A DNA stretch of 64,000 bases from an uncultured virus (IMG/VR IMGVR_UViG_3300037296_000405) (IMGVR_UViG_3300037296_000405); one strand, 5' to 3'; shown: positions 51,502 through 61,395, counted from the first letter of the stretch. The notes: generated from the sequence alone by a model not told the origin. Numbers and translations are program-made.

Positions 51502-51509
51502 TTTTTTTC

Positions 51510-52991
51510 TTAGTCTATGTATATCGTATGGATACACTGTTTTTCATATATATCTTTTAAATTTATTTTATTTGTATGTTGAGTTACATCTTTAATATAT
51601 TGATGTTTACAAAGAAATGAAAAAACTTCATCGAATAATTTAAAAGAAGGTGATTCATTTTTATAACCTTTAAGTTGTTCAAAAACCCCGTTTTTAATAA
51701 CACCTAGAAATTTTTTACCATTATTGACAGTAATCAGATAATTAAATCTCTCTTTATAGTAATCTAAAGTTTCAAAGTTACCTGCACAATTACTTAATTC
51801 TAAACCTATATCAAATAAATGTTTCGTGTCTTCAATTTTTTGGATTTTAAAACTTTTGGAATTATTATTAAACCTTGATGAATTATATAAGGTGTTTAGA
51901 TTTAAAAGTTTTTCTTTAGGCGAATTTTTTGAAAGCTTTTTAGATAAGTTATTTAAGTAGTAGTATAATTTTTTTTCTCTCTTTACAGATAAAATTTCAT
52001 TGTTTTTGTAAAATTCATTCAAAACAATTATTGCATCAGGAATTAGATGAAAACAGATATTTGTTTTTTTAAGAATGTCTAGAGGTTCTTCTTTAAATAA
52101 AGAACAAAAATTAGTAATATTATTTCTGAGGTCAACTGATTTTAAACAGAAAGCTTCATTTATATTTAGGCTTATTTTTTTTAGGTATTCTATTTGAGTT
52201 TTTAATTGATTAATAGATTTTATTTTATGAGAATCAGACATGTCGAATATAGTTCTTAACATCTCAAAAAGATAAAAATTTAAAAATATGTATTTACCTT
52301 CTGAATCGTTAATTCCCATAAATAAATTACTTTGAATGAATTTTTCTAAATCTTTTTTAAATACAATATTTTTGTTATTAGTTAAAACATTATATAACTC
52401 TGTAAATGAATGTAGCTGTTCGTACTCTTCACTTATAAAATCTGGATTATCTTTTAGTGTAGGAATTAAATTTAATAGTGAGTTCATTCTAGAATAATTA
52501 CTTTTAGCATTTCCATTAGAAAAAACCCAATTATTCATATTGTTTTTAACATAATTAAATTGATTAATAAAAACATCTCTTTTATACTCTAATTGTTCTA
52601 ATATAAATAATTCTTTGTCTTTTTCTAAATGATATTCTTGTGAATTAATGATTGTATTATAAAAATTAGTTAAATTGCTTCCTATACGTGATTTTAATAA
52701 ATACACAATCTGATACAAAGGAAATTTATCTACTTTAACCAAAGGTGCAGATTCTGTTACAATATCTATTATTTTTTTTGTTGTTGAGGTTTCTGTTAAT
52801 TTAATATAATTCTTTAGTGAGTTAATATCTGAATAATGTAAGCTACAATGAAATGACAAAATCCCTTTAATAGATATAAATACATTCATTAATTTATCAT
52901 TTTTTATTTCTTTACTTTTTATAATATAAATACTAATAATACCATTGTTCGATCGGATAACTCTAATTTCTTTTTTAAAAATATTAAACAT
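51510..52991 (-). CDS. PcfJ-like protein
   Basis: HLFDIGLELSNCAG, QLKGYKN. Confidence 0.65.
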   Translation of the reverse strand: MFNIFKKEIRVIRSNNGIISIYIIKSKEIKNDKLMNVFISIKGILSFHCSLHYSDINSLKNYIKLTETSTTKKIIDIVTESAPLVKVDKFPLYQIVYLLKSRIGSNLTNFYNTIINSQEYHLEKDKELFILEQLEYKRDVFINQFNYVKNNMNNWVFSNGNAKSNYSRMNSLLNLIPTLKDNPDFISEEYEQLHSFTELYNVLTNNKNIVFKKDLEKFIQSNLFMGINDSEGKYIFLNFYLFEMLRTIFDMSDSHKIKSINQLKTQIEYLKKISLNINEAFCLKSVDLRNNITNFCSLFKEEPLDILKKTNICFHLIPDAIIVLNEFYKNNEILSVKREKKLYYYLNNLSKKLSKNSPKEKLLNLNTLYNSSRFNNNSKSFKIQKIEDTKHLFDIGLELSNCAGNFETLDYYKERFNYLITVNNGKKFLGVIKNGVFEQLKGYKNESPSFKLFDEVFSFLCKHQYIKDVTQHTNKINLKDIYEKQCIHTIYID

Positions 52992-53094
52992 AGGAATCCT
53001 CCCTAATTAATCTTATCATTTTTGGTTAATAAGATCAACTGTTTTTTATTGAATAAATTATAGATTAATGATAATATATTTTAAAGGAGTTACT

Positions 53095-53235
53095 TTGATA
53101 AAAAATATAATTAATAATGTATTAAGATTCATAGAGAATTCTAATTGTAGAATATATGGCTCATCTGTAGTTGACTTATCAGGTTCTCGAGTAAGAGTCA
53201 GAGATTTGTCTGACATTAACTATAAGAATACTTGA
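53095..53235 (+). CDS. small hypothetical protein (46 aa, not in track)
   Basis: TTGAAT-17-TAATAT promoter, AAGGAG SD, TTG start. Confidence 0.45.
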   Translation: MIKNIINNVLRFIENSNCRIYGSSVVDLSGSRVRVRDLSDINYKNT

Positions 53236-53275
53236 AATGAATGTAAATTTATTGGAATAGAAAATTGTTTAGTTT

Positions 53276-53659
53276 TTAAATACTGTAGTACAATGAGCAA
53301 TCTTTTTGGTCAGGTCTATGTATAGAGAGATATCCATATACAGTAAACATGACTTCTCCCCATTGCATTTCATGAGAAACACAATAAGATTTTATTAATT
53401 TAAAGATTTTTTTGTCTAAAGTTGGATTTAGTGATATTTTATTTTTAGGCTTATATTCTCTATATCTCATTCCATTAATCTTCATGAATTTACATTTGGG
53501 TTTTCCACCATGACAATATTCTTCTTGGCTTTTTGGGAATGAATTAAGATTACTAAAAAATATTTTAAGTATGTCTTCCCAATAGTAATTATTAGTGTCT
53601 ATTAGAAAATCTATTATAGATTCTAACTCAAAATTTAATTTTCCCAAAGGTATAATCAT
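53276..53659 (-). CDS. hypothetical protein
   Basis: 127 aa, leaderless. Confidence 0.7.
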   Translation of the reverse strand: MIIPLGKLNFELESIIDFLIDTNNYYWEDILKIFFSNLNSFPKSQEEYCHGGKPKCKFMKINGMRYREYKPKNKISLNPTLDKKIFKLIKSYCVSHEMQWGEVMFTVYGYLSIHRPDQKDCSLYYSI

Positions 53660-53731
53660 TATATATATTATACATTCATATTTTATTTATGTCTATTAAA
53701 AAAAGAATATGTAAGTTATTGTTTTTATTGA

Positions 53732-54466
53732 TTATACATCTATACTATAAATGTGATTCCATACAGATAAAGATACGTTAGGAAATTCACCTGACTGAAC
53801 TAAACCAGAGAGCAGTGCTTTCATTATATAGTATTGTGACCTTGTATTGTCATCTAAAATAGGACTGTTTCGGGAATTGTTATCATAGAAGTCTTTGATA
53901 TTCGATTCAAATAGTTCTAATATAATTTTATCTGCTTTAACTCTATTTTCTTTAATACGTATGTCAAAAGTTTTAGAAACAACATTAGTACTTATTTCCT
54001 CATAAGCTCCATAAAAGCACTTCCAGAAAGCGGACAACAAATCGTTATGCCCATTATCTGCACAATAAGTTATCCATTGCCAAAGACCCCAAGCAGACTT
54101 TTTTTCACAATGCTTTCTTAATGAAGTATGAAAGCATTCAACAAAACTAGAAGTCTTAATATCACAATTAATTTTTTTAATTGAGTATTTAACCGATACC
54201 TTCCAGTTTTTTCCTTGAAATTTTCTAGTAAAAGGCTTAGTGTTTTTATCTATTTTTAATTCTTTTAATATTTCTTCTTTGTTATAGTCATTTAATCGTT
54301 CGTTATTGCTGACTGAAGGCAAACCTTCCCAACTAGAGAACTGACTGTTAAGTTTTTCTATTCTCCCTGTAGAAATTACATTTGTTAAGTATCTATTTAG
54401 AGGAGAGTAAAATCCACTGTATTGAATTACTAGAGTGTGTTTAGTTAATTTTGTTAATTTATTCAT
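53732..54466 (-). CDS. hypothetical protein
   Basis: 244 aa, coupled to cca. Confidence 0.75.
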   Translation of the reverse strand: MNKLTKLTKHTLVIQYSGFYSPLNRYLTNVISTGRIEKLNSQFSSWEGLPSVSNNERLNDYNKEEILKELKIDKNTKPFTRKFQGKNWKVSVKYSIKKINCDIKTSSFVECFHTSLRKHCEKKSAWGLWQWITYCADNGHNDLLSAFWKCFYGAYEEISTNVVSKTFDIRIKENRVKADKIILELFESNIKDFYDNNSRNSPILDDNTRSQYYIMKALLSGLVQSGEFPNVSLSVWNHIYSIDV

Positions 54467-55574
54467 TTTTATTTTTCCTTAATTTATTAATTATAATATT
54501 TTTTACTTTAATCACTTCTTCTTTAATTCTTTTACTCTCTTTAAGGTAAGTAAAGTCATGATTTTTGATTGACTCGGAGCAAGATATTAATAGTTCTAAG
54601 TTAGTCGGTTTAGTGTGTTTTATTAAAAAATAAGTTTCTTTAATAATTTTTAAGCCTGAGTTCTCTGTAGACTCTTTATCTAGATTCAGAACAGATATAA
54701 ATCGGATAATTTCTTCATTCGTGATTTCATTATAGAGATTATCTATATTGTTTTTTAAAAAGCTAAAGAGTTTCTTTTTTGTTTTTCCAAAATTAAAGAG
54801 TTTTACTATAGAATCATCTCCATAATAAAACATTAAGAATTCAAACGATTCTAGGCTTCCTTTGAATTGTTTCATAGTTTCATGGAATGGTTTGTAATTA
54901 GCTTTTAATGAGGGAAATACTATATCAAAAGAATGAAGCTCTTTCATTGCATAGAAAAAAGTTTCGTAATTAGTAGATTCTTTGTGTAGTTTGTACAATT
55001 CTGTTTTAACTCTATTATTGTTTAGTGTAGAAAGTTCACCACTTAGCGCAATGTCTTTACAAGCATCCTTGAGTTCTTGAGATAATGAAAAGTTTAATTT
55101 AGATGAGAATCTTGCAGCCCTAAGAACCCTCAAAGGGTCTTCTTTAAAAGCCTTGGATGTGGGTCTTAAAATTTTATCTTGAATATCTTTTATTCCGTTA
55201 TAAGGATCAATAAATTCATTAGTAGTAGAATCATAAGCAATAGAGTTGACAGTTAAGTCTCTTCTCATTAAGTCATCTTTTAAAGAAATAGAATCATCAT
55301 ATTCAAAAGAGAATCCATGGTATCCTTCTCCAACTTTTTTTTCTTTTCTAGCTAAAGCATATTCTTCATTAGTTTTAGAGTGTATATAAACTGGAAAGTG
55401 TTTTCCTACATTTGATACATAAGAATTTCCATCGTTATCCACTTTAGTAAACATTGCAATCTCTAAATCTTTAAGTTTTGAAGGGGTAGCTCCAACAATA
55501 ACATAATCTCTATCTTCTGGAGTTTTATTTCTTAGAATGTCTCGTACTGCGCCACCGACTAGATATATTTTCAT
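54459..55574 (-). CDS. cca: tRNA nucleotidyltransferase (CCA-adding-like)
   Basis: YLVGGAVRD, DRD, EYALARKE, DLMRRDLTVN, EDPLRVLRAARF. Confidence 0.92.
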   Translation of the reverse strand: MKIYLVGGAVRDILRNKTPEDRDYVIVGATPSKLKDLEIAMFTKVDNDGNSYVSNVGKHFPVYIHSKTNEEYALARKEKKVGEGYHGFSFEYDDSISLKDDLMRRDLTVNSIAYDSTTNEFIDPYNGIKDIQDKILRPTSKAFKEDPLRVLRAARFSSKLNFSLSQELKDACKDIALSGELSTLNNNRVKTELYKLHKESTNYETFFYAMKELHSFDIVFPSLKANYKPFHETMKQFKGSLESFEFLMFYYGDDSIVKLFNFGKTKKKLFSFLKNNIDNLYNEITNEEIIRFISVLNLDKESTENSGLKIIKETYFLIKHTKPTNLELLISCSESIKNHDFTYLKESKRIKEEVIKVKNIIINKLRKNKNE

Positions 55575-55617
55575 ATATTCATTATATAGGTAATATTAAA
55601 TAATTGCAATGCATTTT

Positions 55618-56058
55618 TTATTCTTTAGAAGTTATACTAGGTTCGATTAGGTCGTCTAAAGATGTTATTAGTACATCTCCTTTTTCTGGGTGGGAAACTA
55701 ATTCAAATGAAAAAAACAACTCATACACAGATTTTAATTGCATGAAGTACAAGCTAGAGTCTTCGCAATCTTTATATAAATCTATTTTTTTCTTACCAAT
55801 AAGATGTTTACTAATTTTATCTCTTAGTTCTTGGTGGTAATATAAATACTCTTTTTCATCTTCCTTAAAGAATCGACTAAAAAATGTATGATTTCCGTAA
55901 GATGATTTTAGTTTTTTTGCGAAATCTAATTCTTTAATGATTTTTGTAAGTTCGCTTAGATCTATAGAGGTTTCTACTCCGTTAAGGTTGACAGTTAATT
56001 CTGTGTCAGATATATGTTTAATTTTATCAAATTTGGTGTGTTTAATTAGATATTTCAA
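55618..56058 (-). CDS. hypothetical protein
   Basis: AAGGA SD, TTG start. Confidence 0.65.
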   Translation of the reverse strand: MKYLIKHTKFDKIKHISDTELTVNLNGVETSIDLSELTKIIKELDFAKKLKSSYGNHTFFSRFFKEDEKEYLYYHQELRDKISKHLIGKKKIDLYKDCEDSSLYFMQLKSVYELFFSFELVSHPEKGDVLITSLDDLIEPSITSKE

Positions 56059-56080
56059 GAGTTCCTTTTTAGAGGATTAA

Positions 56081-56189
56081 TGGTGCCTAGAGACAGGTCG
56101 TCACTCCTACATACGCATGGGGTTCAATCCACCGCTCACGATACTTACCAAAAACTAAAAGTTAATGATAAGCTTTGAGCTATCTAGGC
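56081..56189 (-). tRNA. atypical tRNA-Phe-derived RNA (GAA), encoded CCA
   Basis: GCCTAGA/TCTAGGC-A-CCA acceptor stem, TAGCTCA..GAGC D-stem, GGATTGAA; D-loop insertion and non-canonical T-loop. Confidence 0.7.
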
Positions 56190-56195
56190 ATTAAT

Positions 56196-56224
56196 AGTTT
56201 ATCAAAATAACATCTTAAAGTCAA
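56196..56224 (-). promoter_or_regulatory. sigma70-type promoter of tRNA-like RNA
   Basis: TTGACT-17-TAAACT ending 6 nt before the acceptor stem. Confidence 0.7.
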
Positions 56225-56344
56225 TCTTTTTTTTCTTTTATTATAAAATTATTTAATTATTTAAGTAAATTTAATTAGATAGAGTGAATATTATTGACTA
56301 TATAATGAAGATATTGTAAAATAAGTGTTAACTAAAGGATAATT

Positions 56345-57046
56345 ATGAAAGACTGTAACCATACTATAGGTTTTATTTTCGGAGAAGAATACGATTCATC
56401 TGGAGGAGAAATATTATCATTATCTAGCCTTAGCTTATCTTACTTCGATAAATTAAATAGTGATGAAATAAATTCTTGTAAATTTTGTCCAGAATGTGGA
56501 ATAGAACTTAAGGATATTATTCTTCATGAAGTAGAGAGAATTAAATTAAATATTAAATTAAAATTAGAAGAAGATACTGAAAGAAAAGCTGTTTTATCTG
56601 AAAAGTTTAAATTAAGTAAATTAAAAATTATAAATTCGACCAGATTAAAAAATCTTTCTTTAACTGATTCATATTATGTTTCATATTATTCTCCAAAGAA
56701 AGATATAGACGCAGTGGTAACAGGAGATGTTGATTTTATATCAGGTGTTATATGTAGAGAATTAGATTCTTATAAAGGTGACAGAGATTTTAATATTTAT
56801 AGCATAATCAAATGTCCATCAAAAGAAGATTTTTTTAAAGCTTGTGTTAAAGAAGGATGGATTTTGGATGGTGAAGTTGTTCATAAATCTAACATGGAAA
56901 CCAAGACTGTTCTAGATTATTCAGAATCAGGTATTGTTTATGTTACTTTTATCGGAGAAGATGACGACGAAAAAGATTATAGTAGAGGTAGTTTTGTTTA
57001 TATTTTATCAAAATTCAATATTCCTTTTGAATGTAAAGAAGCGTAA
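56345..57046 (+). CDS. hypothetical protein with zinc ribbon
   Basis: CNH...KFCPECG. Confidence 0.75.
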   Translation: MKDCNHTIGFIFGEEYDSSGGEILSLSSLSLSYFDKLNSDEINSCKFCPECGIELKDIILHEVERIKLNIKLKLEEDTERKAVLSEKFKLSKLKIINSTRLKNLSLTDSYYVSYYSPKKDIDAVVTGDVDFISGVICRELDSYKGDRDFNIYSIIKCPSKEDFFKACVKEGWILDGEVVHKSNMETKTVLDYSESGIVYVTFIGEDDDEKDYSRGSFVYILSKFNIPFECKEA

Positions 57047-57048
57047 TT

Positions 57049-59133
57049 TTAGTCATCACTCAGCATTAGTATTAATTTATGTATCTCATCTTCTAGACTA
57101 GAATCATTTTTATATATAGCTAACATTAAAAGAGGATTATTCTCTATAAGTGATTTTATTCTTTCTAGACCTTCAGTTTCTTGCGGAAACATTTTTTCAA
57201 ATGAAGATTTTCTCCATAGACACAAATACTTCCTCTTTAAGTCTATAAGATTTCTATAAGGTAAGATTTTATTTGAAGGAATATTGGATATTATCTTGTC
57301 GTCAGAAAAGTATTTCTGAAAAATATTTAAAAATACATCATGCATCTTGGATGAATCTTGTTTATAAATATATTCTACAAGATTAAACCATTTTAATTTA
57401 TTTTTGGTAGATGTTCTCTCAGCTTCAGTATTTAGTCGTGTCAACTTCTCTTTATTTTCTTTTATCATAAGAGTTTTTTGTTTTCTATCAAACTTTTTTC
57501 TCTCGAGGTTAACATTTGCTACAGTTAATTCTTTGAATCCTCGTTTTAGCAGTATTTTCATTGTGTCAGTAGAAACTACATAATATTGTAATTGAAGTAC
57601 ATTAATACTGTATCTGAAGCTACCATAAGATGAAGACCTAGCTCTCCAATTATTAGATTCAATTATAGGAATTTTTTTGTCTAGCATGTCTACTTTAAAT
57701 TTTTTATTTGCTGAATATTTTTTTATCCTATTTGAAGATGTTGGTATTATTCCTCTTTCTAGTATATTAACAGAAGGATTGTTTTCTTTAAGTTTTTCAG
57801 ATAAACTTTTAGGAATTTTTATGTTATATTCACTGTAGTTTTTAATAGTGAAAAATTTTTTGTACGCAACTTCTTTTACAGAATCTATTCCATCTGAATA
57901 CTCAATAAAGCAAACTCTATTGTATTTTTTTTCTTTGTCTAAAATTTGTTGACTGATTGTTCTCTTATGTTTTTTTAAGTCATGGATATTAGGCATTTTA
58001 ATTAAAAGAGTTCTAGGGTCAATTTCTATAAATCCCGCTTTTGATTTCCTGCCGTGAGGAAGCCATGAATCTTTTAATTTTCTGTCTAGGGGAAGTAAAT
58101 TTCTTCTCATAAATAACATAGGTAAGCCATCTATCGTCGTAGAATAGCTTTCATGAGGATATTCATCTAGATTAACAATTTTTGATATTCGTTCTATATT
58201 TTTTTCTTCTTTAATAATTTTTTTCAAGATTGAAGGCATCTTCATAATAATTTTGTTAAATTTAGAAATAACATGTTCTTCCATTGTTAGGGCAAAATTC
58301 TCTCGGTCAGGTCCAACTTCTTGTGAATTTTTTAATTTTACTTCACCAACTTCAAATTTGATTTGGATTGAATAACTAGCACATCTATATCTTATGTGCC
58401 TAAGCTTTTCAAAGTCGTTAATTGAATATTGTGTCTCTCCTAAAGTTACAGAAATAGAAGGTTTTCCAGTGTATGCAATAATTTTAAAATCTTTACAATC
58501 ATAAACGCATGGTAGTTCACCTAATTCAAAGTTAATTAGTTTAGGTCTAACTTTCCAAAACTTTATTGCTCTTTTAATTGATTTTACAGAGTCCTCAATT
58601 TGATTAGAATTTGCTAAAGGTAATATTACTGTTACACTATTTTTTTCACTAGTTTCTTCTTCATCTTGTACATCGATATAGATATTGTCAGTGAAAGAAA
58701 TTTCATAAGATGTTTTAGTTCCGTTAAATGTTGAGACTACATAGAAGCTCGGGTTAATAGCAAACCAAGATTTAGAGCCAATACCAAAACCTCCATTGAA
58801 TTTATCCGAAGTATCTTTATTTGAAGCGGTAATTCTTGCAAATACATTTTCAATATCAGCGGGAGATAAGCCCAATCCAAAATCTTTAATAATAACATTT
58901 TGATTAGCCATGGTAGGTGCTGTTATTTCTATAGCACTACAGTCCTTTTTAGCCATGATATGAGCGTCTTTAGCATTGTTTATGTACTCTTGGATAGATG
59001 TTTGAAGAGGATGCTTATATAGGTCTTTAGTGAACATTCTTAACATTTTAACGGGATTATCAATTGAAGCTATAATTCTCTTTTTTTCTTTAAAATTACT
59101 CTTAGATTCAATAGAATTTTTATTTAGTTTCAT
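57049..59133 (-). CDS. rIIA-like GHKL ATPase, paralog 4
   Basis: same motifs; AAGGA SD before MKLNK. Confidence 0.85.
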   Translation of the reverse strand: MKLNKNSIESKSNFKEKKRIIASIDNPVKMLRMFTKDLYKHPLQTSIQEYINNAKDAHIMAKKDCSAIEITAPTMANQNVIIKDFGLGLSPADIENVFARITASNKDTSDKFNGGFGIGSKSWFAINPSFYVVSTFNGTKTSYEISFTDNIYIDVQDEEETSEKNSVTVILPLANSNQIEDSVKSIKRAIKFWKVRPKLINFELGELPCVYDCKDFKIIAYTGKPSISVTLGETQYSINDFEKLRHIRYRCASYSIQIKFEVGEVKLKNSQEVGPDRENFALTMEEHVISKFNKIIMKMPSILKKIIKEEKNIERISKIVNLDEYPHESYSTTIDGLPMLFMRRNLLPLDRKLKDSWLPHGRKSKAGFIEIDPRTLLIKMPNIHDLKKHKRTISQQILDKEKKYNRVCFIEYSDGIDSVKEVAYKKFFTIKNYSEYNIKIPKSLSEKLKENNPSVNILERGIIPTSSNRIKKYSANKKFKVDMLDKKIPIIESNNWRARSSSYGSFRYSINVLQLQYYVVSTDTMKILLKRGFKELTVANVNLERKKFDRKQKTLMIKENKEKLTRLNTEAERTSTKNKLKWFNLVEYIYKQDSSKMHDVFLNIFQKYFSDDKIISNIPSNKILPYRNLIDLKRKYLCLWRKSSFEKMFPQETEGLERIKSLIENNPLLMLAIYKNDSSLEDEIHKLILMLSDD

Positions 59134-59302
59134 ATTATCCTTATTTTTAGTATAATAATATAGTATCAAACTTGGTGGTATATATCAACTATTTTTAATT
59201 GAATACTTGTTTTTTAGTATGAAATGTGGGTTTAAGCTGTATTTAAATATTGACAAAAATAAATAGTTTTGATAAAATAATATTGATAAAAATAAGGATA
59301 TA

Positions 59303-60328
59303 ATGAACGATGCTATTTGTGAATTTAATTTAAAATATAAAGATAATCCTCAAATAGACCATGTTGTTGATTTCCTGTCTAAATCACCAAAGTATAAAAA
59401 TAAGAAAACCATTAACTTCTCGTACGAAGAAGCTTTATTTAAAGCTGATGAATGGACTAAAGAACTAAATAAAAAAAACAAAGATTTGAAATCATCCGGA
59501 GAAGTCGAAAATATTTTAACTTTTAACAAAGGTTATATCCTTGTTAGATTAATAGACCAAGAATCTAAAAATTGGGAAGGTCTTCATATGGGACATTGTG
59601 TGGCTTCATACAAAGACCATGAAGGTATTTATTCTTTAAGAGATAAAAGCAATCTTCCAAAATGTACCATTGAAATTACAAGAGGTTATGTAAATCAAAT
59701 AAAAGGAAAATCAAATGGGAAAATAGCTCCTGAATATATAGAATATGTATTGGAATCAATTAAATATTTTAATTACAAAATTAATGATCGTGATATAGAG
59801 AATGTTGGATACATCCCCCTATCAAAAGATATAGAGCATTCATTCACTAATTTAAAAATAATTACATTAAATAATAAACAATATTTTTATACAGGAAACC
59901 AATTAAAGTTATCAGTGAAACCAATTTTCAATAATGATATTTTTGTATTGATTATTAAAATAGGTCAATCTTTTGAATATATTGAAAAAGCACTTCTTGA
60001 CTCAAATGTAGACCCATCCTGTTTTGAAAACTATGCAATTAGAATATCATCGGGTTTAGGTAACGTAGAATTAGTTAAAATGTTAATCAGTAACCCAAGA
60101 GTAGACCCATCGGATTCAAAAAATCAAGCTATCCGAGGAGCTTCATATTATGGTCATACAGAAATTGTAAAGATTTTACTAAAAGACCCAAGAGTAGACC
60201 CATCGGATTTACGTAATCAAGCTATGCACTGTGCTTCAGCAAAGGGTCATGCAGAAATTGTAAAGATTTTACTAAAAGACCCAAGAGTAGATTCTAGAAC
60301 ATTGCTACCACTGTTTAAAACCATCTAA
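59303..60328 (+). CDS. PcfJ-like domain plus ankyrin repeats
   Basis: WEGLHMGHCVASY, YSLRD, QIKGKSN; GHxEIVKILLKDPRVDPS repeats. Confidence 0.8.
   Translation: MNDAICEFNLKYKDNPQIDHVVDFLSKSPKYKNKKTINFSYEEALFKADEWTKELNKKNKDLKSSGEVENILTFNKGYILVRLIDQESKNWEGLHMGHCVASYKDHEGIYSLRDKSNLPKCTIEITRGYVNQIKGKSNGKIAPEYIEYVLESIKYFNYKINDRDIENVGYIPLSKDIEHSFTNLKIITLNNKQYFYTGNQLKLSVKPIFNNDIFVLIIKIGQSFEYIEKALLDSNVDPSCFENYAIRISSGLGNVELVKMLISNPRVDPSDSKNQAIRGASYYGHTEIVKILLKDPRVDPSDLRNQAMHCASAKGHAEIVKILLKDPRVDSRTLLPLFKTI
60094..60292 (+). repeat. 93-nt-period tandem repeat encoding ankyrin units
   Basis: CCCAAGAGTAGA at 60094, 60187, 60280. Confidence 0.85.
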
Positions 60329-60346
60329 ATATTTATAAAGGTTAAT

Positions 60347-60676
60347 ATGATTCTAGATTACAATAATTATATTTTAATGTTACATAGACTAAGAAAATAT
60401 TCTGAGATAGATATATCTTTTTGTAGTATAAATTCTTTGGATGAAAATTTTCAAGATAAAAAGAATAGATTCATGGAAGTTAAGTCAAAATTTAGAAATC
60501 ATACTGTAATAGGAGAAACTTATTTTTCAACGAAAGATAACCCTATTATAGAGATGACAATTCTATGTTCTAAAGATAATTTTCATGAAGTGAAGTCAAT
60601 TATACTCGAATTGGATATAGATAAAATATCTATAGACGGTAAATGTTCATCTATAGATATTTTAAAAAAATTTTAG
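60347..60676 (+). CDS. hypothetical protein
   Basis: 109 aa, AAGG SD. Confidence 0.65.
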   Translation: MILDYNNYILMLHRLRKYSEIDISFCSINSLDENFQDKKNRFMEVKSKFRNHTVIGETYFSTKDNPIIEMTILCSKDNFHEVKSIILELDIDKISIDGKCSSIDILKKF

Positions 60677-61387
60677 TTATTCTTTTTTTTCTTCAAATAC
60701 ATCTTTAAGTGATTCAATATCTAAAGAATTTAAAAACTTATTTTTAAAATCCTCTAAAGCATCTAAAGATTCATAATCTCTATCTAGATAAGGTTTTAAT
60801 TCTGGATATTTTTTAGCAATACTTTCTTTAGAGTAGAGTTCCTCACCATTGTTTAATGCTAAAGTCTGTCCCATTTGGAAAGCCATCGATTTAACATAAT
60901 CTAAAAAAGAAACAGATTGCTTATTTAAGTCAGTTATTACTGAGATATCTATAGACTTTAATAATTCTGCTTTATCAAAGCCATCTCCAAGAAGAGCTTT
61001 TTTTATAACATTTCTAGAACCTGTTTTAGATAAGAAAGATAGCATAATTCTTAGACATCTTATAGTTTTGGTTTGGATGTCTCTTTTTACCTTTTTCTTA
61101 ATATCTAGTTTAAAATATTGTTTATGATTTTTGTAAGTTACTAAAAGTGAATTATTAACTTCATCAGGAGTACCTTTGTGAACCGAGTCTATAACGCCAT
61201 TTTTAATTGTTGCTAGATTTATATTTAAATCTTTATCAAAATCATAATTTTGAGACAAGTAGTTTACAGCTCTCAATGTAGTCATCTTATTGTCTTGGAT
61301 ACTTCCAATTTTATCTAGTATAACCATGACGTCAGTATCAAGACTACTTTTTGATCCGAAGATATAAAACTTTGTTTCTTTGTTCAT
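60677..61387 (-). CDS. nucleotidyltransferase-fold protein
   Basis: FGSKSSLDTDV (GS..D.D) motif. Confidence 0.65.
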   Translation of the reverse strand: MNKETKFYIFGSKSSLDTDVMVILDKIGSIQDNKMTTLRAVNYLSQNYDFDKDLNINLATIKNGVIDSVHKGTPDEVNNSLLVTYKNHKQYFKLDIKKKVKRDIQTKTIRCLRIMLSFLSKTGSRNVIKKALLGDGFDKAELLKSIDISVITDLNKQSVSFLDYVKSMAFQMGQTLALNNGEELYSKESIAKKYPELKPYLDRDYESLDALEDFKNKFLNSLDIESLKDVFEEKKE

Positions 61388-61395
61388 TTTTTCAC

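Noticed and set aside
53095..53330. TGA readthrough extending the 46-aa ORF
   Set aside because: The extension runs antisense into the next gene and has no supporting motif; a chance open frame is likely.
56081..56189. Amber suppressor tRNA or tmRNA
   Set aside because: The anticodon loop has no CTA, and the element is too short and lacks a tag reading frame.
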